A stretch of DNA of 64,000 nucleotides, from the NCBI RefSeq assembly GCF_021869535.1, contig NW_026262734.1, positions 81,654,001-81,718,000 on the forward strand, in the 5' to 3' direction. The translations under genes were made by a program, and so were the position numbers. Shown piece by piece: positions 40,106 through 52,652 of the stretch. This DNA is from Mytilus californianus (lineage: Eukaryota). Positions within the stretch are counted from its first letter, which is position 1. Each line of letters begins with the position of its first letter. A model generated the notes under the pieces. That model had not been told where the DNA came from and made no database searches. It worked only from the letters and a program-made list of their open reading frames with translations.

Positions 40106-40188
40106 CAATGCTCTTTCCATTCTGTACGTCCAATTGATTTGCATTTGTTCTTATAGTTCTATTACGTTTTTCAGCTTTTGTTTGACTT
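40106..40188 (-). CDS. TNFR-like gene stalk exon (phase 2 to 1)
   Basis: ttttcttacag|a SQTKAEKRNRTIRTNANQLDVQNGKSI g|gtacat. 83 bp, open, phase-compatible with the previous exon. Confidence 0.7.
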
Positions 40189-42333
40189 CTGTAAGAAAAC
40201 GATCAATAACGTTTTTTTTTTTTTATATTCAGGAGAATATTGTTTTAAATTAATACTTTAACGTCAACTTAATCACTATTGTAATAATATATGAATAATA
40301 CCTTTATCATCACATTCATAATTCATAATTAACATCCTGTGAATCGAATTAATATCAACATTAATGTTAACTAGAACTTAAAAAGGGACAGAGAAAATAC
40401 AAATATTTCCCAAATCAACTCCACTACATGTTAAAGTAACCGTCTAAAGTTATTAATCTCGTCAGTTGAAGTTTTCTTTTATTATATGAGATTAGAGTTT
40501 GTGCATGCTGAAATGTCTCGCCTGCTTTACTTATCATGATTGAAAGTCTGTTATATGAATGTGGTACTACAAGTATTAAATACACTAAAGATTTATAATC
40601 ATCCATGAAAATGAGCTCAAGGTCAGATGAACAAAGCCAGATATGTACACCTTCCAATCATTCCATACACCATAATAATCGAATAATTGCTTATAGTATC
40701 TGATAAACTGACAAAACCAAAAAAGACTTTACATTGCCAAATTAGTCATGACAATGAAGTCAAAGTCATACGAAACCTACCAGGCGATAATTTCGACTTC
40801 ATTTTGTCTCTGCTGGAGAGTTGTCTCATCGGTAATTATACCACTTCTTCTGATTCTTATATTAGTTTTATTTTTCTTCAAAAAAGGTTTATATTTTTTA
40901 GTTGTGTCATTTATATTTGCTTAACATCTGCCAACTTCATGCAGAAAAAACATGAAAAAAACTACCCCAAAAAACTCATTTTGAGATTTTGTATACAAAG
41001 GCCCTTATCGAAAATGATGTTTTGCCACAATGTGCCTTTTGAAATATTAATTTTGATAAATATCTTCTGTAGTAAGGCGTTTCTCATATCTAATTATTCC
41101 AAAATTTGTGTGAAATATGCCAAGTCCCACATATTTCTGAAATCAGGTTGTCACGACTATTGAGTAAGGCGTAAAATAAGCGGAGCCACCAATTTACAAA
41201 AAGAAATGAAGTTTATTTTAACAAAATACAAAACGATAAATTGACTGTCCAATATGATATCAATATCTAAGGATCTATATACATGAATGGCTTTTAGCTT
41301 TTATGGAGTTGCTGTTTAATTGACTTCATTCATGCATCATTTTCTGTTCATTATAGAGCCAATCAACTACCACTTTCGCTTAAGTGTTTAGTATCATAGA
41401 AATTGAGGACTTAAAATTTTATGTTTCTAATCAATATAAATCAGAAAAAAGTCATATATCAAAACCGATAATTGAATTGATCGGCAGGCAAAATTTAGAT
41501 AAAAAACAGTGTCTTGTAAATTTATATTTGTCGATTTTATATCATAATGCTCTTTTTGAGTTTTGACAAAACAAGACTTTCACTTGATGACAGTGAGCAT
41601 CATGGTGCAGAAGAAATATTTTCAATAGTACACTAGATAATTAGAATATCAAAGAAATGTTCGGATATAAATAAAACAAGATATTGTGAACATGTCAATA
41701 AGAAAGCAACTGAATAACAAATTACAACCTCCGTTCTACGGGGCAAACATGATACTTAAAGGTCACAATACCATCTTCAGCAAAAGACAACGGGCTTAAA
41801 TTCTTATTCTTAATCAAAAATATTCCCTTTTGTCTGGAGTGATAAAAAAACATAGAAAAAAAGACTAAGGGTGATATTCTCAAATGTGGACATTTATGTA
41901 TGAACTATCAACTACAAAATCTTTTTTGCTGGCGTATTTGTCAGATTTATGGGTACAATCATTCGATTTTTTAGTCAGCTATGTTGTATGTCTGTGATTT
42001 ATGTTTACACAGTTTTGACTGCAATATCTGAATTATTGTCACATTATGTCTTTCTTGAAAGAGATGTGTTCAAAATTATATAGACAAGTCAAATTGACAT
42101 TTACCAAAAAAAAAGCATTTACACAAATATCGAACTCCAAAGTAAATTCAAAAAGGGTGAAGCCTATAAAACCTGACAAAATTAAATGTTAAACTATATC
42201 AACCAACAGAACGAATAGAAATCAACTGTCCTGATTTGGTACATATATTTTCTGAAGAATATGGTGGACTAAACTTGGTTCAATTCTAGTTAAACGCCCA
42301 ATTTGTGTGACAGTTGTGTATAGTTCCGTTATA

Positions 42334-43297
42334 CATGACGTTAAAATACTAAATCCCTGGGATGTGTTTTAGTTGATTTTAGTCTCTGATGCATGATTTT
42401 TTATTATTAATTGTGTTTGGCTTTTAACTAGCTGTCAGTAGCTGCGAGTACTCTCAAATCGTACTTTCTTGTTTATTTGACCTGTTGATACTAATTGTAA
42501 TGCTTTTTTGTTATTTAATGTTATTCAGGGTTATATCTGGTCTATATACCAGCTTTGATAAGTGTTTGGTATTACTATAAATTTTCACTTCGTTCTATGA
42601 ACATCAAAATTATTTATTTTGTAAAATTATTTCAATTCTCAATTTGAACTGTACACGTATACCTAACAACAAAGTTACTTTCATTTACCTGTGTTGAAAG
42701 AAATTGCAAATGGCTGATATTTTTGTTCGAGCATATTGTTTTTCTTAAATTGTTTAACATTTCATAGCGGTATAACATGTTACTTTTATTATTCTTCCCT
42801 TAATTTATTTATTTCATATTTACATTGTATCAAAGGTCAAATTTATTTGTTCAGTGTATGTTCACTGGTGTTAATATGTCCTTTGATTGAGTTAAGCCAT
42901 TTCTCTTGATATTTTATAGTGTGACTTTCTATGTTGGGATGTTACACTATTGTTTCAGAAAAAGGGTGAAGGTTTGGTACCATTAAAACGTTTAAACCCG
43001 CTGCAATTGTTTGCACCTGTCCTAAGTCAGGAATCTGATGTTCAGTAGTTGTCGTTTGTTGATGTGGTTCATAAGTGTTTCTCGTTTCTCTTTTTTTATA
43101 TAGATTAGACCGTTGGTTTTCCCGTTTTAATGGTTTTACACTAGTAATTTTTGGGGCCCTTTATAGCTTGCTGTTCGGTGTGAGCCAAGGCTCCGTGTTG
43201 AAGACCGTACTTTGACCTATAATGGTTTACTTTTATAAATTTCGACTTGGATGGAGGGTTGTCTCATTGGCACTCATACCACATCTTCTTATATCTA
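42334..43297 (+). mobile_element. Solo 3' fragment of Naiad subfamily 1 that begins at the SECIS core
   Basis: Near-identical to 48351-49502 (one copy of the internal duplication only). Starts CATGACGTTAAAATACTAAATCCCTGGGATGTG. Confidence 0.88.
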
Positions 43298-45756
43298 TTG
43301 ACACAATTGAGTGAACAAAAGGAACACAGACATTAAACTCTTAGTAATTTGACACTATCTGAGTCCAACAGCTGACAGATATCCCACTATAAATCGAGTT
43401 TTCTGTCTGTAGTACGGTCCAAATCAAGCAGTGATTTTAAAAATTCTTGTACAAATAAAAATATATCCACTAATTATATTGTTTGTAAGAAAATGAAATC
43501 AATATCCATTTCGATTTGAGATATTTTGCTATTTCAGGATAACTTCTTACCACAATTTATGACAAACGTAGTCTTTTTTTCCTTTTCTACTACCACCTTT
43601 TCTGACTTGTAGCCTTAAGTTATATTCTCACAAATTAATATCAAAATCAGGGAAAATGTTATGATTGCCAATGAGACAAAAAGGTACAAAGATGTGAACG
43701 ATAACAGGTAATCGTATAAAACAAAAATTAAGACAACTATGGCAAACAGTTATTAATGTGGTCTACTGGGTTGCATGATCCTGGCTTTGGAGATGGAAAT
43801 ACAGAAATTTGCGGGGTTAAATATATTTGTCGGCGCACAATCCTGCCCTACGGACAGTGATGTAACAGTACAAAATATGATCACACTGTAAAAACTAGTT
43901 GGGATGGGCTTGACACATTTGATCAACAGAAAGCACAAAAAGCCAAATAACAAAAAGACAGAATACATATCGATCTCTAAGTACTCGTGGAACTAATTCA
44001 ACTAATAAAGAAACCATATTTTTTCCTGAAAAAAAATATATCCGTCGTTACAGTTTCAAAGGATTAAGCAGTTGAGAAAAAGCCAGACTGTGTGTGAAAT
44101 TCCACATTAGAATTTCCCAGCATATAGGACATTACGTGCTTATTCCTAGATAGCAATACATATTTTATTATGTTTTAATCAATCGATGTACGTATTGGGG
44201 TTAAACAAGTAGTTTGTATTATATGTTTACGGGATAACCAGACTGAATTAAGTTAAGATTAAACTGTTGTATATGTTGACACATTGCGTCTTGTCTTATG
44301 TATTCAATCAAGACGCATTCTTTGTGATTATCGACACAAAATATACAATTTCATTGAATAAAAAGAATCGATCAAGTAGTTGGTGTTCTAAATTACAACA
44401 AATAACAGTAATTCACAGTTATTTTTGTTGAAAGATGTGTTGACTCTGAAATATCTTACGATTTACTTTGGCATGGCCGTGTGATTAATTGGCTGTTTAT
44501 GTATCTATTAGTTAGGGGTTAACTGGACCCGAGATTCAAAGAGTCAAGGGTCAATGAATCTTATAGAGGATTTAAGCCCAATTTGGATAAAAATTCAAAT
44601 TTTACAAGCTTTAAAGGATAACTAATTATGATGGATGATTATGACCTTCTCTCTGACGATGTTGTACAGATAAATAATGTTGAAATGAATAAAAACAGTC
44701 CTTATTCGAGACTTTTATCATTGTTTTTGATGTCAATGTATTTCACTATCTTACCAAGAACATAATTTTACAGGAAGAGTCGTGAAGTGTATTTACAGAT
44801 AACAGTAACAGATAAACACCGTAATGAAGATTTTTAAAATTTTATTCTGTTCTAGGACATGTAGTAATAAAAAAATGAGCACTGTTTTATGTGTTTGTGT
44901 TCAACAATTTATTCGTTCTTCTAAATAACAAATAAGGCCATGATTAATGGGGTTAAGTTGAATGCCAATATTTCTAACTAGATTCTTTAAATAGAATTTC
45001 AGTGTGCACATCACGTCTTAATCACATAAGATCACTTTTTCATTGGGTTCATGTTGCTCAGTTTTAGTTTTCTATGTTGTGTGTTGTAGGCTGTTGTTTG
45101 TCTTTCGGTCGTTTTTTTCGTTTTTTACCATGGTGTTGTCCGTTTGTTTTCGTCTTACGAGTCTGAATATCCTTTTAGTATCTCCTGTCTCTGTTTTACT
45201 TTCGGAACAAACAAACAAATAACGCTCAAAAGTGCAAACACCAACAAAACAGCTTAATACGTCTACGGTCAACTTTATCTAAGGTAGTTTCAACTTTAGC
45301 TTTAACACGTTTGCATGATGTAATGGCCAGACAAAATGGATGAATACTTAATGTTCGTAGCATTTGGCCACTCAGAAATGTAATATTTTATTTGACTGTG
45401 ACCCTGTTTGATGGCAACAAGTACAGTTTATTTTGATTTTTTTTAAAGAATTCTAAAAGAGCTATTAACTCATAATAGATTCTTAAATTACAATGAATGT
45501 CGATAAGTTTTCAATTAAAGAACATAACAATTCATTTTCCGTGTAAAGTACCAGAATTTTGCACAACCTGCAGCTTCAACGCAAGCTATTTTGGCAACAC
45601 ATATAACTATATATATTTTTTTTAAAATAACTAGACAAAGTATAATAAAGATATTAATTTTTACTCATATTCTATTTCAAGATACAATCAATTTGCTTTA
45701 ATTCTTTCAGTTAAATAAGTACTCATTTTGCAAGCTGCATATTTTAACACCATAAA

Positions 45757-48208
45757 TATGGTCTTAATGACAAAATATTAGGACAGGGGAACATAACTAA
45801 AACTTCAATCGATGTCATTAATATTGTCGATAAACGACTTAGAAATAAAAGGTCTCATGGCAAACGCAAAAACCGTAATCAACGTATTAAACATCGTATA
45901 AATTATACACTTGCTGATCTGTTATCTATAATAAAAAATAATGGCAGACATCAAGTATTATGCAAACTGGGTCAGATACCAATAAGTAAATTATATGCTA
46001 TTTTTCTGGAGTGTGATACAATTTCTTTTTTTAGCCCAATGTATGAATACACCCGTATTATTACAGCCTTTTGTCATCATAGGCTATTTCCTAGTATCGA
46101 TAAACCTGAAAATCATAAACGACATTTTCTTAAATTAAAATATATAAATAGAGGTATTGATTTTATTAACTTATCTAGTATATTCAATGACTCTACCATC
46201 CAAAGCCAAATACCTCCATATTTTGATAATATAGAACCACCTATTATTTCGTATTCTTATAAAAAAAACCAGCAGAAGTTTGATTTTTAATTATACGTCA
46301 GTTACATCAGACGTCAATATAGAAAATAATGTTCCTTCCACTTGAGATTGTGAAACATCTAGTTTTAGATATGTTCCCTATGGTCATGTCCTTACAGGAG
46401 ACCTCAACATCGTCGAAGACCGTGAGGTCATAACTTTTCTTAAGAAAGGACCGAAATATCGTCATCCATCTAAAATAGATTGGAAACAGTGTCGTCAGAT
46501 CATTAAAGACGCTCTGTCTGTCTACTGTAAAAATTGGTGTAAACGTGAAAAATCTGATAAAAAATCTCTAGACAGTTATTTGAATAAAATTATGAATACT
46601 GTTAATATTCGTATATCTCATTTTGAAAACAATTCTGAAATTAGTAATAGGGTCCATGATATTCCCATTTCCAGAATAAAAAATAAACTCCAAGTACTCG
46701 CAAAGCGGTTTGTTTTCGTACCGGCAGACAAAGCTGCAAATAATGTAGTGGTGGTGTGACGCATATACTACACGGAAGTTCTCCAAAACGAAATTACAAA
46801 TTCATCTACATTCAGGTCCGTACGCTCCACAGAGAGTCAAATTGTAAACAAGCATATCACTGCCACTACCCAGCTTAAGGCCTTTTCCGAACATTTGAAA
46901 GTCCCTACTATGTACTGGTTACCTAAATTGCACAAAAAAACCAATTAAATTCCGTTTCATCTCCGCATCTAGTAAGTGTTCTACTACTAATCTATCAGTG
47001 CTTCTAACTACCTCCCTTACTACTATCAAAGAACTTGTTATTAACTTTTGTAATAAAGCTTATGAAAAAAATGGTATTAATTATTTTTGGAGTGTTAAAA
47101 ATTCTTTAGAGGTTTTAGATAAAATACATGCTTTTGATGGTCCTTTTAATTCTGTTGACAGTTATGATTTTTCTACTCTCTATACTACACTTCCACACAA
47201 TCTTATCAAGAAAAAGTTTTCATATTTGATTAAATGGTCTTTTGAAAAATCTCATTACAAATTTATTTGCTCTAACTCGTTTAAAGCCTTTTTCTGTAAC
47301 GAAAAAGGAAAGTATGCTAGATACACTTACTGGAAATGTGAAGATATGACTGAAGCTTTAAATTTTCTCCTGGACAACATATATGTACGTTTCGGCGATA
47401 GAATGTATCGACAGGTAGTAGGTATTCCTATGGGCGCTAACTGCGCCCCTTTAATAGCAGATTTATTCCTGTATTGCTATGAATCTCAGTTTATGACCAA
47501 ACTCAGTAAAGACACGTCATTGTTACATTTGGTTGATACATTCAACAATACCTTCCGTTATCTAGATGATATTTTTTCGTTAAATAATCCAGAGTTCAAT
47601 AAATATACTACCGAAATTTACCCAATAGAACTTACTTTAACTAAATCTAACATAAACAGCAGTAGTTGTCCTTTTCTGGATTTGGACATTTCAATCTCTA
47701 AAGGAAAACTCACTACGAAAATTTACGACAAAAGAGACGATTTTTCATTCCCTATTGTTAATTTTCCTTTTTTAAACGGCGATGTTCCTTTGGCTCCATC
47801 ATACGGTGTATATATATCCCAACTGGTTCGTTATGCCCGTGTGTGTAGTGATGTCATAGATTTTAACGAACGTAATCAATGGATCACTGGTAAATTATTA
47901 AATCAAGGATTTCGTTACCATAAATTACGTAAAACTTTTGCTAAGTTCTTCATAGATACAAAGATTTGATTAGTAAATTTGGCTGTACTTGTAGAAAACT
48001 GATTAAAAACGGTATTTCACATCCTAAATTTTACGGTAATATTGTACTTAAAGCGCGGAAATCACTATGTGATCCGTGTAAACTCATCGAACCTTTAAAC
48101 AGGCTTTTTAGTAAAGGTTATCTTACCAATGTTGTAATTAGATCTTTGAATATAGTTTACATTGGCACTAATATCGATTTTGTCATCAGCAAATTAAAAC
48201 ATAACTAA
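45757..48208 (+). CDS. Naiad-type Penelope-like retroelement ORF (end of N-terminal GIY-YIG, CxC linker, RT), 5'-truncated, with two putative Sec UGA codons and three frameshifts
   Basis: Manual translation: YGLNDKI (45757) ... PPIISYSY, +1 shift in A8 at 46261, SLIFNY...PST-UGA-DC...GHVLTGDLNIV...KGPKYR...FVFVPADKAANNVVVV-UGA-RIYY...YWLPKLHK, +1 shift in A7 at 46934, RFISASSKCST...SYDFSTLYTTLPH...RQVVGIPMGANCAPLIADLFLY...FRYLDDI...CPFLDL...KIYDKRDDF, -1 shift near 47950, ends KLKHN*. Domain order and motifs match Naiad PLEs. Confidence 0.93.
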
Positions 48209-48343
48209 ATTTGTATTTTTTTCAAGTGGGATGTATAAACACACACCCACGTTCGTTTAGATCTATAAAGAGGTTAAACTCCTAACTATCCTACTGTCTG
48301 TCGATACATTTATTTTTGGCATTGCACTAGTCATGTCTTCTTT

Positions 48344-48401
48344 GACTGTCCATGACGTTAAAATACTAAATCCCTGGGATGTGTTTTAGTTGATTTTAGT
48401 C
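48344..48401 (+). promoter_or_regulatory. Eukaryotic SECIS element (type II)
   Basis: gactg-tcc-A-TGAC-GTTAAAATAC-T-AAA-TCCCTGGGAT-GTGTTTTAGT-TGAT-tt-tagtc. Core UGAC/UGAU, 10-bp helix II fully paired (four G-U), unpaired AAA, apical mini-stem UCC/GGA, helix I gactg/tagtc. Lies ~135 nt after the ORF stop. Confidence 0.85.
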
Positions 48402-49681
48402 TCTGATGCATGATTTTTTAGTATTAATTGTTTTGGCTTTTAACTAGCTGTCAGTAACTGCGAGTACTCTCAAATCGTACTTTCTTGTTTATTTGACCTG
48501 TTGATACTAATTGTATAGCTTTTTTGTTATTTAATGTTATTCAGGGTTATATCTGGTCTATATACCAGCTTTTATAAGTGTTTGGTATAACTATAAATTT
48601 TCACTTCGCACTATGAACATCAAAATTATTTATTTTGTAATAATATTTCCTTTCTCTATTGGTACTGTACACGTATACCTGACAACAAAATTATTTTCAT
48701 TTACCTGTGTTTAAAGTTATTGCAAATGGATGATATTTTTGTTCGAACATATTGTTTTTCTTTAATTGTTTAACATTTCTTACCGATATAACATGTTACT
48801 TTTATTATTCTTCCCTTAGTTTATTTATTTTGTAAAAATATTTCCTTTCTCTATTGGTACTGTACAGGTATACCTAACAACAAAATTATTTTCATTTACC
48901 TGTGTTTAAAGTTATTGCAAATGGATGGTATTTTTGTTCGAGCATATTGTTTTTCTTTAATTGTTTAACATTTCTTACCGATATAACATGTTACTTTTAT
49001 TATTCTTCCCTTAGTTTATTTATTTTGTATTTACATTGTGTCATAGGTCAAATTTATTTGTTCAGTGTATGTTCAATGGTGTTTATATGTCCTTTGATTG
49101 AGTTAAGCTATTTCAGTTGATATTTTATAGTGTGTCTTTCTATGTTGTGATGTTACACTATTGTTTCAGGAAAAAGGGTGAAGGTTTGGTACCATTAAAA
49201 CGTTTAAACCCGCTGCATTTGTTTGCACCTGTCCTAAGTCAGGAATCTGATGTTTAGTAGTTGTCGTTTGTTGATGTGGTTCATAAGTGTTTCTCGTTTC
49301 TCGTTTTTTATATAGATTAGACCGTTGGTTTTCCCGTTTGAATGGTTTTACACTAGTTATTTTTTGGGGCCCTTTATAGCTTACTGTTCGGTGTGAGCCA
49401 AGGCTCCGTGTTGAAGACCGTACTGTGACCTATAATGGTTTACTTTTATACATTTTGACTTGGATGGAGAGTTGTCTCATTGGCACTCATACCACATCTT
49501 CTAATATATATATATAGAGCACTTTTTAAAGAAAATTGTACGCATATTATATGTAATAAGCTTTAAAATCCCAATGATAACTTATTTACATGGTAGGATA
49601 TGATTTATTCCAAGTGTGCACTTATATGTTTACTTGATAAGAACGCGCCATATTATAAGCATTCATTACAAGTTTACTTAC

Positions 49682-49748
49682 GATTGAATTTCAATATCTT
49701 TACAAACAAACTTTCCATAGGAATCCTCAATTTTGACACATTGGTAGT
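49682..49748 (-). CDS. TNFR-like gene exon (phase 1 to 2)
   Basis: tactttacag|DYQCVKIEDSYGKFVCKDIEIQ tc|gtaagt. Completes the TP-D-YxC motif with the previous exon. Confidence 0.82.
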
Positions 49749-50563
49749 CTGTAAAGTATTCAAAGTATTAATATATCTGGAGGATAATGGACCACGTGAT
49801 TACGTTTAAAGACTTGGATGGGATATGCACGATCGATAATCGTAATCATCAGAAAAATATTTAATCTTAAATATCTTTTTAGTATTTAAGCATTCTTTAG
49901 ATATCATCAAAATCTAAAAATCTGAATGTTTTTGATAGAAAATATAATTCAATATACTGTTTTTCGTCCATAAAGAAGACAGAACGCCACAAAAAATGAT
50001 GCATATAAGCCCCATGAGCAGTACAAATTTTCAAATTTTACGATTTTTCTTTTGGAATTTTTGCGCGGTGTGCAAGTATCCCTGAGAAGTTTGTTTTAAA
50101 GAGATAATGTTTTTTACATGTCAAACTTTATGAAATACAATTAATTTACGTGTGATATTAAAACGCCTTATATGGAAGAGCCGTAGTAATTCAGAAACAA
50201 AAGATCTGAACGGTATATTATCTATGTTAACTGTAATGTAATCGAGGAGACTAACTGAAGTTTTACATTAATAAAGCTTAGTTGGAAGAGTGACCAAGGG
50301 CCCATTACAAATGACAATCGGGATTATCACACTATCACATAAAGTATCGTAGGTTCCCATCCTAAGGAGAGGAGGACATTGCATTTTTGTTCTTTTTTAT
50401 ATTAGCTTGTTAAAGTCAGGTAAGTCGATAGAGGATGTCTGACACAAAGTTGTCAAATATTTAGACGTATAAATTATAATAAAGACATTATGACCGCATA
50501 GTTAGAATAATCATCCTTAATAACTGACCCAACATAATACATATACTGCACATGCATTCTTAC

Positions 50564-50872
50564 CAGGTGTCAAAATCTGTCCTACGCTGCACAGTTTGAT
50601 GAAACATGAACAGTCTTCGTTTGTTGGATCACAAGAACACATGTCAACTCTTTTTTTCGACACAAAACTAAAATTATTTGTATAATCGCATCTGCATTTT
50701 CTGTCGTATACACTCGTTCCATTGCTATAAATCAGTTGTCCTTCTTCAATACACATTGTTTTCTTGTAAATACAATTATTGCCTTGAGATGTAAAAAAAG
50801 AAAAGGGTTGGAATCTTTCCATTAAGCATGATTCGGTGTCAAAATTTCCGCTGTTTACCACTGTTTTGTCTC
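50564..50872 (-). CDS. TNFR-like gene, main Cys-rich exon (phase 1 to 1)
   Basis: ttattcag|GDKTVVNSGNFDTESCLMERFQPF...CIYKKTMCIEEGQLIYSNGTSVYDRKCRCDY...CSCDPTNEDCSCFIKLCSVGQILTP g|gtaaga. 309 bp, open. Confidence 0.88.
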
Positions 50873-52489
50873 CTGAATAAATAAAAAAAGTTGTTTTATA
50901 CAACATGTACAATGTTAAAAAACATTTATCAAATTATTTTCAAAACATTTCGAACTTATTAACATTACATTTTTCAGAAAATACTTGACTGTATGAAAAC
51001 CAAACATAGTTCGCCTACAATGATCGCAAAAATAACATTTGCATACACTTCTAAACTTCTCAGTATTAACATACGTTTTTGAATTTTATTGTCAATCAAT
51101 AATATGCAAAATATACAAAATGCCTGACAAAAAATTTAATATATCACAAATAACACATGTTCGAAGTTTTTATTGATGCATCTCAAGTACAGGGAAATGC
51201 CCTAAACCGTATTATTTTTTATAAAAACTATTTTAGTTTTTTGTTGTTGAAGAACTACTTTGCAGATCCATAGAAAGCACGCATAGTGTAGTACATTCCA
51301 ATAATGTGTATCGTACATGAATACTGAGTGAGATGAACAAAGATAAAATGTTGTATATTACATTTTGGCTGGTTGTTTTTGTTTGAAATAAGAACATTGT
51401 ACATTATGCATGCTTGTATTGTGTAACAAGAATTTAAGCCGCTCGTTGCTAAAAGCTTTTAAAAAAAAAAGCGAGAGATACCAAAGAGACATTCAAACTC
51501 ATAAGTCGAATACAAAACTGACAACGCCATGGCAAAAAAACGAAAAGACCAAAAGGCAGACATTAGTATACAAAACTTAACATTAGAAACTAAAGATTGA
51601 ACAACACGAACCCCACCGAAAACTGGGAGTGCTCCGGAAAGGTAAGCCCAATTGTGGAAAGATGAATATAGAAAATATTGTGCAGAAACATAATATTGCA
51701 GGTTTTTGAAAAAAAATATCAATGAGATAAAGTGAATGAAGTACATATGGTACTGCATATTATAGAAATTTGGCCAATGTAGAAAACAATATAAAACACA
51801 TGACAGAAAGTACAATAAAATGATACCACAAGTAAACATTTTCAACCGAGGCGAGGCTTAACAATCTGCCGAATAACCCTCGCCTCGGTTATGTTATTCA
51901 ATTTATTTAACGCTTCTCTCATTAAATTATCGATTCAAAATGAAAATCAGCGTTCTTTATTCATTCTTTCATTCCTAGTTTTAAAATTTTGAGGTAAGAA
52001 AAGCTTTATATTCTATAATTGGATACAATAAGGCGACTGCAGTTTACCAATGTTCAAATGTCAAGTGGCGAATATTTCATGCATGTTTAAGACGAGAATA
52101 AATTGACAATAAATACAAAAAGTTGGTACTGTAATAGGGATTGCCCGGAATAAAAATCGGGAAATAAGAACCGCCACTGAAAAAATGAGAGTATATTGGA
52201 CATGGACAGCATTTTTTACTTGCGACAGGCCATCTACCGACATCACAAATAGTTGTTGCAAGGTTTATAAACGTTCAGATATTGTGGCACTCTCTTTTCA
52301 TGAGGGATATAACGTTTCCATTCTAACTGGCACAATTTGTACCTTTAGTTATATCTATTATCTGTCCATAAAATGTATTGCCCAAACGTACATAGATGTT
52401 GTTTAGTTTGGTTCAAACCTTAATTGACCAAAATGTTATGAATTTTGTATTGTTTTTTTTTAATTGTAAACAGGGGAATCATTACTAAC

Positions 52490-52652
52490 CAGGTGGTTCA
52501 GTTTTTGGTCCATTGCAGCTTTCTTTATCAACGTTGTTTACATAATCCAACAAGCAGGTATATTGCTCTACAGATGAACAAAATGACTTTGCCCTCAAGT
52601 TCCAATGTTTTCCTGAAGGACATTTAACTTTGATCTCTGACTTGACCAACAA
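52490..52652 (-). CDS. Cys-rich TNFR-like receptor gene, ectodomain exon (phase 0 to 1)
   Basis: ttgttttattacag|LLVKSEIKVKCPSGKHWNLRAKSFCSSVEQYTCLLDYVNNVDKESCNGPKTEPP g|gttagt. An in-frame ATG at 52673 (MIIVLLQLLVKS) is an alternative start. Confidence 0.8.

Larger units (their letters stand above)
45757..49502 (+). mobile_element. Naiad PLE subfamily 1: ORF plus ~1.3 kb 3' UTR/terminal repeat
   Basis: The ORF is followed by a UTR that recurs at 42334, ~55740 and ~58740 and ends ...CATACCACATCTTCT next to an (AT)n run. The UTR has an internal ~196-bp duplication (~48630-49030). Confidence 0.88.

Noticed and set aside
40687-41163. 158-aa + strand ORF
   Set aside because: No recognisable domain; the 3' half lies in repeat-like sequence, antisense within an intron.
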